NCBI GenBank assembly: GCA_964580815.1
Contig: CAZOLY010000002.1
Coordinates: 1-46,500 of the forward strand
DNA length: 46,500 bases
From: an uncultured Bacteroidales bacterium
GTDB lineage: Bacteria > Bacteroidota > Bacteroidia > Bacteroidales > UBA10428
Direction of reading: 5' to 3'
This document shows positions 27,829 through 37,095 of this stretch, one piece after another. Numbering within the stretch: the first letter of the stretch is position 1; each line of letters begins with the position of its first letter. The position numbers were made by a program, and so were the translations under genes. A model generated the notes under the pieces. That model saw only the letters and a program-made list of their open reading frames with translations, had not been told where the DNA came from and made no database searches.

Positions 27829-30800
27829 TTATCTTATTATCTCTAACTTCTTGGTTATTAAAACTTTATTATTGCTTAAATTCAATATGTATAATCCCTC
27901 CGGCAGACCGGACAGGTCAATCTCAATCCTTCGAAGGGCTGACGGTTCTTTTACCAGCAATTGATATTGCAAAGATCCGCTGACTGATTTTATTTCTACC
28001 AGCAGCTTTTTATAATCTTCATTTGAAAATTCTATATAAATATAATCTCTTGCAGGATTCGGGTATATCTTAAATATGTCAAATGTAATGTTCTTCAATT
28101 GTACAGGTTCATATACATCATTAAGATTAATAGTTACTAATGTACTATCTGTTAAATTTCCGGGCCCATCATCCTGCACCTGAACTGTCAGTCCGATTAC
28201 AGGAGTGGTCTCATAATCCAGTACAACTGAATTATTTACAGAAATCTCTCCCATAAGCAGGTCCAGTGCAAATGCATTACCCGTATTTCCCGAGAGTATG
28301 GAATAAGTCAGGATTTGTGCCTGATCTACCTCAGTGGCCGTTAGAGTACCCACAATTGTGGCAACTGGACTGTTTTCATCGATATTGAATGCTTGTGGCT
28401 CTATTGCGGGAGGTTCGTTTATGTCATTAACCAGTATAATAAATGCTTTACAGCAACTCAGGCTATTTACCCCGTTGTCCGTTGTTCTTACATATATCCT
28501 GAAAGTGTTTTTCCCTTCATAGTTTGTCGAAATACATATTTTCAAGGTATCTGCCGAAATAATAAAATTGCCGTTATCAGCGTCATCAGTCCCGTTACCC
28601 GCAGCAAATGAATATATATGTGTATCGGCATCATTGGCATCAATTGTTGAGAAAAATCCGACTACTGAACCTGGTAGAACATTTTCATCAATCCGGTTAC
28701 CTGACAGCAGAATATCCGAAGGGGCGAAATTAACGGTAGACTCATATGCGCCGATATCAATTGTACCGCCCAGTATTCTTGGGTTTCCGGCAATGTCAGA
28801 AGCAGGCAGGTGTAATCCCGTTGTGTCAGGAGTGCCGCCATTAATACAGGATGAGCTGTCCGACAGGCTGTAGTCCAATAAATCAATATCCGTAAAATAA
28901 GGATCCATGTCCAGGTTATTCTCATATACATAAATAGTGGAATTATTTACTATATTATCTAATCCTCCCTGTATATCACAATATTGAATTTCCGGATGGT
29001 TGTTAAATTTATACTGGAAAATCTGATTAAGGTAATTGCCCCATAAAATACTGTTCTTTATGACTGGATTTGAACCGAATCCACAAGAAAGACCCTCATT
29101 ATTGTAACAAATAGTATTGTTTATAATTTCAGGTGAAGCACCTGAAAGATAAATACCCTCGCCATTATTATTACATATTACATTATTCTGAAGTTTTGCG
29201 TAACAATTAATATAGATTCCCGCTCCTGCACTCCCCTCATTATATAGGATATAGTTGCTTTTTATTATGGGTTGGGCATTACAAATAGCTATTCCTCCAC
29301 CGTATTCTGCATAATTATATCTTATCAGGCAATTGGAAATAACCAGTTTTGAAAAATTCTTAATCCCAATTGCTCCTCCGTAATAATCCGGGTATGATAG
29401 TGTGTTCTTTGCATATTCTATATTACAGAAAATAAGTTTTGAAGTATCACTATTAGTGCAGGTATTGTTGAAAATTATCCCTCCCCAGCCTGTATGGGTG
29501 TTGTTAAAATATCCCGTAGTATAGCAAGTTGTAAAAGTAATATAATCAGATGATTGGCCTACTGCTATTAATCTTCCTTTCACATCCAGCTTGTATATTC
29601 CCTGGAATTCAACAACCGTTCCCGGCACAATGTTAACTGTAGCATTTGAATCGATTACAATATCGCAGTCAACTTTAACGGTATCTATATCCCAAATCAT
29701 GTCTTCCGAAATATGCCCGCAGAAATGATTTGTGACTTCCATGTTAAAAGTGTCTATATCTTTTGCTCCATGGTTGTCCATAACCTCAACATAAATATCT
29801 GTATTTCCTCTCCAGTTATGGGCAGGAATGATCTCATAGATTGAACCAGAGGTATTTCCTGAGAGGTTATTTATATTTACATAAGGGGAATCAGCTGTTA
29901 TTAAAATAGTATGAATATTATTGATATCAGGATCAAAATACTCTACCGTCATTTTTGCCGTATTGTTGCATAAAATTTGAATGTCTTCGGTATCTTTTAT
30001 ATACGGAGGCCTGTTTACAGGATTTCCCTGGTATTCATATGCCCCGATGTCTATTATATCTGCCGTACCGTCATAGATTCTGGGATTTCCATCCATATCT
30101 TCGGGAAATTGAGAAATGTCCGTAAGAGGATCTCCAGCATTGATACAGTATGAAGAATCTGTAAGTCGAAAATCATAGTTGACCTCATCAATAAAATATG
30201 GAGTGGCATCAATATTATGATACGTGTCATAATCAAATGTATAGTAAATTATAGAACCATCACTTTCAAATGCTTCTTTACCTCCTTCTATGTTACAGTT
30301 GTAAAACTCTGGAATACTGTCTTGTGAATAATATAAAAAAATCTGATTTTCAGTATTGCCCCTAATAATACTATTAATAAATATTGGATGTGAATCCCAG
30401 GAATATACTCCCTGATCATTATTACAAATTGTATTATTATATATTAACGTAATTCTGGACTTAAAAAATATTACTCCAGAGCCCTCATTATTGCAAATAA
30501 TATTATTATATAGATTTGCATAACTTTTCACACCCTCACAATAAATTCCTGCTCCTCTATTATCATAAATATAATTATTTTTAATAATAGGTTGGCTTGA
30601 AATACAACCTATGCCTGCAGCACCATAAAAAGGCGCATAATTATATCTTATATGACAATTAGTAATAATAGCCTTTGCATTGGGCCAGATTAATATTGCT
30701 CCCCTAGTATCAGGCTTAGTAATATCTGCTATATGTTTAACATACTCTACCACGGAATAAGAAATTTTTGAGGTATCATTTATTCCCTCATTACGTTCAC

Positions 30801-33800
30801 AAATTGTTATTCCACCCCATCCTTTATGAGTATTATTATAATACCCAGTAGTATCGGAAGAAGTAAAAACAATTGGATTGTCAGGTTCACCTATTGCATG
30901 TATTTGACCCATAACATAATAGTAACTAAATTTCTGAAATTCAACTACAGTTCCAGGTTTGATAGTTAATCTTACCCCAGTATCAATTACAACTTGACAA
31001 GTGATCTTTACGGTATCAATATCCCATACCATATCTTCTGTAATATGCCCGCAGAAATGATTTGTAACTTCCAGATTAAAAGTGTCTATATCTTTTGCTC
31101 CATGGTTGTCCATAACCTCAACATAAATATCTGCATTTCCAATCCAGTTATGGGCAGGAATGATCTCATAAGTTGAACCCGATGAATCTCCTGAAAGGTT
31201 ATTAATACTTAAATAAGGAGAATCAGCTGTTATTGAGATTATATACTCTTCATTAATATCAGGGTCAAAATATTCCACTATCATTTGTAATGTATCATAC
31301 CAATGAATCAGGGTATCTTTAACCTGACTTATTAAGGGAGGCATGTTTAAAGGCTCACCCTGGTATTCATAAGCCCCGATATCAATAATATCTACCTCAT
31401 CGTCAAAGATCCTTGGATTACCTGCTATATCTTCAGGGAATTGAGAGATATCGGTTGCCGGATCACCCATATTGATACATTTGGATGAATCGGTAAGTTC
31501 AAAAATGCCATTTGTTTGATCAACAAATCCTGAAGGCAGATTAATATTATTATGATATTCAACCATTGCAGGATAAAAGGATTCATCGTCACTATCAAAG
31601 CCATCCAGGCCTTCCTCGATATTGCAGTAATGGAACTCCGGTCTGTAACCAGCCAGACTATATACCCGGTAAAGATATACCTGGCTGCCTTTATTGCTGG
31701 CACTATTTCCCCCGATAATAGTATTTTCGATTATATGTTCAGATATATCGTATTCTATATAAATACCTCCTCCGTTCGGAGCCTGGTTATTTAATATTGT
31801 GTTGTTAATGATTTGAGTTTCTTTGGGTTTGCTAAAACGGTATCCCCCTCCACCCGATATAGTTTTATTTTCATAAACAATGTTATTTACAGATATGCAC
31901 TTTGATTCCTGGAACAATAGCCCGCCGTTACTGTTATATCTTATTATACTATTGGAAATTAAAAACTTGTCTGAAGCTCTTACTATAATGCCCCTGTTTT
32001 TGCTATATTCTATAATGCAGTGATCTAATCTTGAGGAATCATTTTCAGGCAATACATTATAAATAAATGTTAAACCATTCCACCCGGGATGAGTGTTGTT
32101 ATAATATCCCGTAGTGTCAGCAACCGTGAAAACAATTGGCTTATCCGGTTCACCTATTGCAAGTAAGCCCCCTTCAACATCAAACCTGTAAAAATCCTGG
32201 AACTCAATTACTGTTCCGGGATTTATTTCAAGAGTAGCACCTTGATTGACTTTTATATCACAGATAATCCTCACCGTATCCAGATCCCATGTCATGTCAT
32301 AATATATATTTCCGCAGTATGCTTTGGATACTGTTAAATGATAAGTATCAGATGTAATATGACCATAGCTGTCTTCTATGTCTATCGCTATATCTGCTTC
32401 TCCTTCCCAACCAGGTTCCGGCACTAATTGATAGGTTGAGCCTGTTGTGTTGCCTGACAGATTCTCAATTTTTACATTTGAATTATCAGAAGTTACTGTG
32501 ATCGCGTGTGAATCATCAATATCGTCGTCCCGGAAATCCACTGACATAGTCTTACTATTTGATACCAGGCAATACTGATCACCAACTAAATCGAGTAGAG
32601 GTTTCATATTAACGGGTTCGCCCTGGAATTCATAGGCTCCGATATCTATGATATCAACTTCTCCGTCATATATTCTTGGAAATCCAGAGATGTCAAACGG
32701 GAAAACAGTAATATCTGTCAGAGGATCTCCAGTATTGATACAGTAAGACGAATCTGTAAGTTCAAAATTACCATTTATTTGATCAACAAAGCGGGGAGGC
32801 ATATTGATATTATTCAGATATACCATCATATCAACAGTAAAGGGTCCTTCCTTAATATCAAAGCCATCAAGACCTCCCTCTATACCACAGTAATGGAATT
32901 CAGGATTTTTACTATCCATACTATTTGCCAGATCCAGATAAACCTGGTCACCTGCAATGCTTGCCTTATTTCCCCAGATTATAGAATTTTTTACAATAAA
33001 CCGGTCTTTATATCCATCCAGATGAATACCTCCACCGGATGCAGCCTGGTTATTGAATATTGTATTGTTAATGATTTTTATATTGTATGGCTCTGAAAAA
33101 TAATATCCCCCTCCACCAAAAATAGTCTTATTTTCATAAATAATATTATTTATGGATGTACAATAATTTTTACATAAATCTAATCCTCCACGATTATTAT
33201 GTCTTATTATACAATCAGATATAAATAAATTGGAATTTTCAGAGCCAGATATACCACTGTATTTACTATATTCTATTATACAGTAAATTAGTTTTGAAGT
33301 ATCATCTATTAACTCTCCCTCTTTAAAATCAAATGTTAATCCCGTCCATCCCTCATGAGGATTATTATCATACCCAGTAGTATCAGCAACAGTAAAAGTG
33401 ATACGTTTAGCTTGTTCACCTATTGCAAGCAATCTGCCGCGGATTGTAAAATCAACAAAATCCTGAAATTCAATCCTGGTACCTGGTTTGATCGTTAATG
33501 TTGCATTACGATCAATTTCCACATTGCAAGTGATCTTTACTGTGTCAACATCCCAGGTCATATCTTTAATAATATGCCCGCAGAAATGATTGGTAACTTC
33601 AATACTAAAGGTATCTATATCTTTTGCTCCGTTGCTGGCCTTTACTTTTACATAAATATCTGCAACACCTCTCCAGTTATATAGATGAAAAATCTGATAA
33701 GTTGAACCTGATGTGTCACCTGAAAGGTTATTTATACTTATATAAGGGGAGTTCGTCGTTATCGAAATTGTGTGAGTATCATCAATATCAGGATCAAAAT

Positions 33801-34935
33801 ACTCAACTGTCATTTTTGCCGTATCATTACTGAAAATCTGGATATCTTCTGTATTAGTTATATATGGAGGCCTGTTTACAGGATCCCCTTGGTATTCATA
33901 AGCACCAATATCAATGATATTAACTTCACCGTCATATATCCTTGGATTTCCGGCAATATCTTCAGAAAATTGATAAATATCAGTTATTGTGTCACCCATA
34001 TTGATACAATAAGATGATTCGACGAGTCCAAAATTACAACCTGCCGGATCAATAAAACCGGGAGGCATATTAATATTATTATTATATACAACCATTCCCG
34101 GATAAAAAGGGAAACATTCTTCATCACTATTAATGCCATTTATACCTCCCTCAATATTGCAATAATGGAACTCAGGATCATAATCAAATAAACTATATGC
34201 CCAATCTAAATATACCTGGTCGGCCTTATAGCTTGCTCTATTACTCCATAAAATAGTGTTTTTTATTATTGTTTGCCATATATTATCATATATACAAATG
34301 CCTCCTCCAAAAACTGCCTGATTATTGAATATAGTATTATTAATAATTTTAATGCCGTATGAACGAGAAAAAAGGTATCCGCCTCCCTTAGTAACACCCT
34401 TATTTTCGTATACAATATTATTAATAGATATGCACTCAGAACAATAAAATAGCAAACCTCCTATATTATATCTAATTATGCAATTGGAAATATGTAACTT
34501 ATTAAAATAGCTTACCTCAATACCCCTGTTTTTGCTATATTCTATAATGCAATAAATTAATTTTGAAGTATCTGCTAAGTTTTGATTCAAATCTCCAAAA
34601 TCAAATTTTAAACCAGCCCATCCCTTATGAGTATTATTATAATGCCCGGCAGTATCTGCCACAGTAAAAGTAATCATATTACCCGGTTCACCTATCGCAA
34701 GTAAACTGCCTTCAACATCAAAGCTGTAAAAATCCTGGAATTCCACCCTTGTTCCGGGTTCGATATTAAGTGTTGCATCCTGGCCGATTACAATATCAGA
34801 AACAACTTTGACAGTATCAGCACTCCAGGTAGTATCAGTTATAATTGAACCCCCGACTTCTATTGATGTTGCCGGAAGGGTATGGCAGTTTATAGCTATT
34901 AGCGCCGCAATTAGCAGCTTTCTTAGGGTTCTCAT
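27829..34935 (-). CDS. Giant (2,368 aa) secreted modular protein: 5 tandem parallel-beta-helix modules with Ig-like spacers, 2 cadherin-like repeats and a T9SS C-terminal sorting domain
   Basis: Signal peptide MRTLRKLLIAALIAINCHTLPA. Five copies of a unit carrying PGT.(V/I)EFQ, AIGE, ITFT..DTTGYYNNTH.GW, PbH1-like NNTI.NN turns with GGG(I/Y), and the cap NPRI(Y/F)DG..DIIDIGAYE(Y/F)QG. Cadherin-like repeats are linked by VNDINEPP and LNDVYEP. The tail IYPNPARDYIYIEF...GLYILNL is a T9SS CTD (27832..28068). Confidence 0.85.
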   Translation of the reverse strand: MRTLRKLLIAALIAINCHTLPATSIEVGGSIITDTTWSADTVKVVSDIVIGQDATLNIEPGTRVEFQDFYSFDVEGSLLAIGEPGNMITFTVADTAGHYNNTHKGWAGLKFDFGDLNQNLADTSKLIYCIIEYSKNRGIEVSYFNKLHISNCIIRYNIGGLLFYCSECISINNIVYENKGVTKGGGYLFSRSYGIKIINNTIFNNQAVFGGGICIYDNIWQTIIKNTILWSNRASYKADQVYLDWAYSLFDYDPEFHYCNIEGGINGINSDEECFPFYPGMVVYNNNINMPPGFIDPAGCNFGLVESSYCINMGDTITDIYQFSEDIAGNPRIYDGEVNIIDIGAYEYQGDPVNRPPYITNTEDIQIFSNDTAKMTVEYFDPDIDDTHTISITTNSPYISINNLSGDTSGSTYQIFHLYNWRGVADIYVKVKASNGAKDIDTFSIEVTNHFCGHIIKDMTWDVDTVKITCNVEIDRNATLTIKPGTRIEFQDFVDFTIRGRLLAIGEQAKRITFTVADTTGYDNNPHEGWTGLTFDFKEGELIDDTSKLIYCIIEYSKYSGISGSENSNLFISDCIIRHNNRGGLDLCKNYCTSINNIIYENKTIFGGGGYYFSEPYNIKIINNTIFNNQAASGGGIHLDGYKDRFIVKNSIIWGNKASIAGDQVYLDLANSMDSKNPEFHYCGIEGGLDGFDIKEGPFTVDMMVYLNNINMPPRFVDQINGNFELTDSSYCINTGDPLTDITVFPFDISGFPRIYDGEVDIIDIGAYEFQGEPVNMKPLLDLVGDQYCLVSNSKTMSVDFRDDDIDDSHAITVTSDNSNVKIENLSGNTTGSTYQLVPEPGWEGEADIAIDIEDSYGHITSDTYHLTVSKAYCGNIYYDMTWDLDTVRIICDIKVNQGATLEINPGTVIEFQDFYRFDVEGGLLAIGEPDKPIVFTVADTTGYYNNTHPGWNGLTFIYNVLPENDSSRLDHCIIEYSKNRGIIVRASDKFLISNSIIRYNSNGGLLFQESKCISVNNIVYENKTISGGGGYRFSKPKETQIINNTILNNQAPNGGGIYIEYDISEHIIENTIIGGNSASNKGSQVYLYRVYSLAGYRPEFHYCNIEEGLDGFDSDDESFYPAMVEYHNNINLPSGFVDQTNGIFELTDSSKCINMGDPATDISQFPEDIAGNPRIFDDEVDIIDIGAYEYQGEPLNMPPLISQVKDTLIHWYDTLQMIVEYFDPDINEEYIISITADSPYLSINNLSGDSSGSTYEIIPAHNWIGNADIYVEVMDNHGAKDIDTFNLEVTNHFCGHITEDMVWDIDTVKITCQVVIDTGVRLTIKPGTVVEFQKFSYYYVMGQIHAIGEPDNPIVFTSSDTTGYYNNTHKGWGGITICERNEGINDTSKISYSVVEYVKHIADITKPDTRGAILIWPNAKAIITNCHIRYNYAPFYGAAGIGCISSQPIIKNNYIYDNRGAGIYCEGVKSYANLYNNIICNNEGSGVIFFKSRITLIYNNTICNNDQGVYSWDSHPIFINSIIRGNTENQIFLYYSQDSIPEFYNCNIEGGKEAFESDGSIIYYTFDYDTYHNIDATPYFIDEVNYDFRLTDSSYCINAGDPLTDISQFPEDMDGNPRIYDGTADIIDIGAYEYQGNPVNRPPYIKDTEDIQILCNNTAKMTVEYFDPDINNIHTILITADSPYVNINNLSGNTSGSIYEIIPAHNWRGNTDIYVEVMDNHGAKDIDTFNMEVTNHFCGHISEDMIWDIDTVKVDCDIVIDSNATVNIVPGTVVEFQGIYKLDVKGRLIAVGQSSDYITFTTCYTTGYFNNTHTGWGGIIFNNTCTNSDTSKLIFCNIEYAKNTLSYPDYYGGAIGIKNFSKLVISNCLIRYNYAEYGGGIAICNAQPIIKSNYILYNEGSAGAGIYINCYAKLQNNVICNNNGEGIYLSGASPEIINNTICYNNEGLSCGFGSNPVIKNSILWGNYLNQIFQYKFNNHPEIQYCDIQGGLDNIVNNSTIYVYENNLDMDPYFTDIDLLDYSLSDSSSCINGGTPDTTGLHLPASDIAGNPRILGGTIDIGAYESTVNFAPSDILLSGNRIDENVLPGSVVGFFSTIDANDADTHIYSFAAGNGTDDADNGNFIISADTLKICISTNYEGKNTFRIYVRTTDNGVNSLSCCKAFIILVNDINEPPAIEPQAFNIDENSPVATIVGTLTATEVDQAQILTYSILSGNTGNAFALDLLMGEISVNNSVVLDYETTPVIGLTVQVQDDGPGNLTDSTLVTINLNDVYEPVQLKNITFDIFKIYPNPARDYIYIEFSNEDYKKLLVEIKSVSGSLQYQLLVKEPSALRRIEIDLSGLPEGLYILNLSNNKVLITKKLEIIR
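29744..29801. repeat. 58-nt tract identical to 31076..31133, within a ~190-nt region of ~90 percent identity
   Basis: By-eye alignment of 29713..29905 against 31045..31237. Both contain TTAAAAGTGTCTATATCTTTTGCTCCATGGTTGTCCATAACCTCAACATAAATATCTG. Confidence 0.75.
31076..31133. repeat. 58-nt tract identical to 29744..29801
   Basis: Same as the paired entry. It encodes the DIYVEVMDNHGAKDIDTFN part of the Ig-like spacer that precedes modules 4 and 5. Confidence 0.75.
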
Positions 34936-35203
34936 GGTTATCGTATTTCAGGTTTGTTAAATTTACTATTTCACAGTTTGCATTTTAAAGGATAATAATG
35001 CAAATAACAAAGCGAATTAAAAGCTCTGTATGAGATAATATTATATGGCCAGGGTTTTATTTTTTTGCCAACGGGCAACACTATGCCCGAACTTAGAATA
35101 AGTTACAGCAAAATGCATTGTTTGTCAAGTGATTATTTACCAGTATGCTGAAAGGATTGACGGACTGTTAATTATTGTTGGTTAGTTATTTGCAATAATC
35201 TTA

Positions 35204-35211
35204 TATTTTTG
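35204..35211 (+). promoter_or_regulatory. Candidate -7 promoter box TAttTTTG for the PAP2 gene
   Basis: Exact TAnnTTTG match ending 17 nt before ATG 35228. Confidence 0.4.
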
Positions 35212-35227
35212 CAGTTTAACCATTATA

Positions 35228-35830
35228 ATGATTGAGTTCCTGAACAAGCTTGACACAGATCTGTTCCTTTTTCTTAACGGCCTCCACTCCCCTTTCTGGG
35301 ATAAGGTGATGCTTTTTATGAGCAAAAGATGGGAATGGATACCCTTGTATCTGTTGCTTGCAGGCTGGGTAATATATAAATTCCGGTGGAAATCAGTAGT
35401 AATATTTGTCGTAGTTGCACTGCTTATTATATCAAGTGATCAGGTCTCGGTGCTGCTTAAGGAATTGTTCCAGAGGTTGCGGCCATGTCACAATCCCGGA
35501 TTACAGAACATAATACATATGGCAGACGATTACTGCGGGAAAAAATACGGATTCGTATCAAACCATGCTTCCAACACTTTTGCACTTGCCAGCTTTACGA
35601 GTTTTCTTTTCAGAAATAAATGGTATTCGCTTTTTATTTTCTTCTGGGCGGCATTGGTTTCCTACAGCAGGGTTTACCTGGGGGTACACTATCCCGCGGA
35701 CATCCTGGGAGGAATGCTGCTTGGGGCCGGACTGGGAATATTGTTCTACTGGTTATACTCAATCATAAGCTCAACCTCAATATTTGCGAAACTTAACCCC
35801 GGCAATCAGAAAGGTTTGAATGGAGTATAA
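35228..35830 (+). CDS. PAP2-family membrane phosphatase (undecaprenyl-diphosphatase/lipid phosphatase-like)
   Basis: The three PAP2 motifs are present: KELFQRLRP, SNHASN and SRVYLGVHYPADILGG. Multiple TM helices. Confidence 0.85.
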   Translation: MIEFLNKLDTDLFLFLNGLHSPFWDKVMLFMSKRWEWIPLYLLLAGWVIYKFRWKSVVIFVVVALLIISSDQVSVLLKELFQRLRPCHNPGLQNIIHMADDYCGKKYGFVSNHASNTFALASFTSFLFRNKWYSLFIFFWAALVSYSRVYLGVHYPADILGGMLLGAGLGILFYWLYSIISSTSIFAKLNPGNQKGLNGV

Positions 35831-35855
35831 TTAAAATTTGTAAAACCCCGGAATA

Positions 35856-35910
35856 AAAGAAAGTGGAACAATTATACCAGGTGCCAGTCACTGGTTAGTG
35901 AACTTTCTTT
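35856..35910. terminator. Possible bidirectional terminator/stem between convergent PAP2 and MFS genes
   Basis: 9-bp perfect inverted repeat AAAGAAAGT (35856..35864) / ACTTTCTTT (35902..35910) with a 37-nt loop. The loop is long and there is no clean U-tract, so this is weak. Confidence 0.25.
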
Positions 35911-35918
35911 AACGGATC

Positions 35919-37085
35919 CTATAATCTTGAATTTCTTGCAGCTTTGATCCTTTCAGAGCTTAAATAGAAATGCATGCCTGTGGCTATAAGGATGATGCAG
36001 GCAAGAATGCCAAATACCCACATAACGGTGATCATACCTGCTAGATCTTTTAAGTATCCTATGACCAGGCTTCCCAGGGTCTGCCCGATACCAAAATAAA
36101 TCCCCCAGATAATTGACTGCGTCAAAGCATACTGCCCTGCCGGCAACAGCCGGTGAATATATTCCACCAGTCCCACGAGCAGAAATGAAAGAGTTATGCC
36201 CTGGAGCACCCCCAATCCCAATGCAAGAGTCACAGAAGGGAAAAATCCGTAAAGGAACATTCTTATGACCATGACTATTAATGAAATAAAAATAATTTTC
36301 CTAGCCCCAAGCTTTTGCATTAATCTTTCCCCGATAATAAAAAAGGGTAATTCGCTGAAAGCCTGTATGGCATATGCATATCCGATAATTTTGTTGCTTG
36401 CTTTAAGTTCGGTAAAATATAAGTTTATGAAAGAGTTTATTGGAGCACATGCAATACCGTAAACAGTTAAAATAATAATAAAAATGAGCAGCAACTTATT
36501 CCTCAGAATAAATCCGAAACTAATCGGTTGAATATGCGATTTATAAATTACCTTTCTTTTCAACGGAACCTTAAGAAAAAAAACGGCTGAAATAAAAAAG
36601 GCTGCTGATACGGGGAAAATATAATCCAAAGGAACATATATAAATAAATAACCGCCAAGTACGGAAGCTAAAGCCCAGCCTAATGAGCCCCAAAATCTTA
36701 ATTTCCCGTAATTATATAAATCATCCGTTTTTGAAAACTCAACAGCCAGTGCATCGGTTAGAGGACCCAGCGGGTGATAAAATATAGTAAGCATCAGTAT
36801 ATATAATACCAGAAATCCGAATATCTGGATTTTACCCAGGAAAAAAATCAGGATAGCTGTTGCAATAAATACCAACCTTAACGTTGGCCTTATCCCCTGC
36901 TTATCGGCAACTATTCCCCATAAGGGTACAACTATAAATATGCTTGACTGAAAAAGGGCATTGATGATCCCTATTTGCGCTCCCGTAAAATTATTATCTT
37001 CAAGAAAAACATTGTAGAAAACCCTCCATGTAGCATACGCCATATAAAGCAAAAGATAAATAGTCTTAATCCTTGTACCAGTCAT
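35919..37085 (-). CDS. MFS transporter (MFS_1_like/HcaT-type, 12 TM)
   Basis: About 12 hydrophobic helices. The N-terminal pattern YLLLYMAYATWRVFYNVFLEDNNFTGAQIGIINALFQSSIFIVVPLWGIVADK is typical of this MFS subgroup. Confidence 0.7.
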   Translation of the reverse strand: MTGTRIKTIYLLLYMAYATWRVFYNVFLEDNNFTGAQIGIINALFQSSIFIVVPLWGIVADKQGIRPTLRLVFIATAILIFFLGKIQIFGFLVLYILMLTIFYHPLGPLTDALAVEFSKTDDLYNYGKLRFWGSLGWALASVLGGYLFIYVPLDYIFPVSAAFFISAVFFLKVPLKRKVIYKSHIQPISFGFILRNKLLLIFIIILTVYGIACAPINSFINLYFTELKASNKIIGYAYAIQAFSELPFFIIGERLMQKLGARKIIFISLIVMVIRMFLYGFFPSVTLALGLGVLQGITLSFLLVGLVEYIHRLLPAGQYALTQSIIWGIYFGIGQTLGSLVIGYLKDLAGMITVMWVFGILACIILIATGMHFYLSSERIKAARNSRL

Positions 37086-37095
37086 AATCCTTTTG

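Larger units (their letters stand above)
28741..34866 (-). repeat. Intragenic tandem array of five ~1.27-1.33-kb coding modules
   Basis: Module boundaries are anchored on the Cys codon of (F/Y)CG(H/N)I at nt 33582, 32316, 31053 and 29721 (aa 452, 874, 1295, 1739), giving periods of 422, 421 and 444 aa. The last beta-helix ends at DIGAYE (28741..28758). Confidence 0.8.

Noticed and set aside
28334-34017. Several 60-105-aa plus-strand ORFs (e.g. 28334..28522, 28568..28873, 32779..33096, 33772..34017) and minus-strand alternate-frame ORFs inside the giant gene
   Set aside because: All lie within the continuous 7.1-kb reading frame. They are low-complexity shadow ORFs typical of AT-rich repetitive coding DNA.
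28741-34866. Periodic ~1.3-kb repeats considered as a CRISPR array, satellite or mobile-element array
   Set aside because: The repeat unit is far too long and is in-frame coding sequence for protein modules. There are no short direct repeats with unique spacers, no cas genes and no terminal inverted repeats.
34936-35227. 292-nt intergenic region upstream of the giant gene, examined for ncRNA, tRNA or a small ORF
   Set aside because: It contains only two tiny mutually exclusive 5-bp hairpins (TTGCC/GGCAA and GGGCA/TGCCC) and an 11-codon ORF. There is no tRNA-like or structured-RNA signature. It most likely holds the promoters for the divergent genes.
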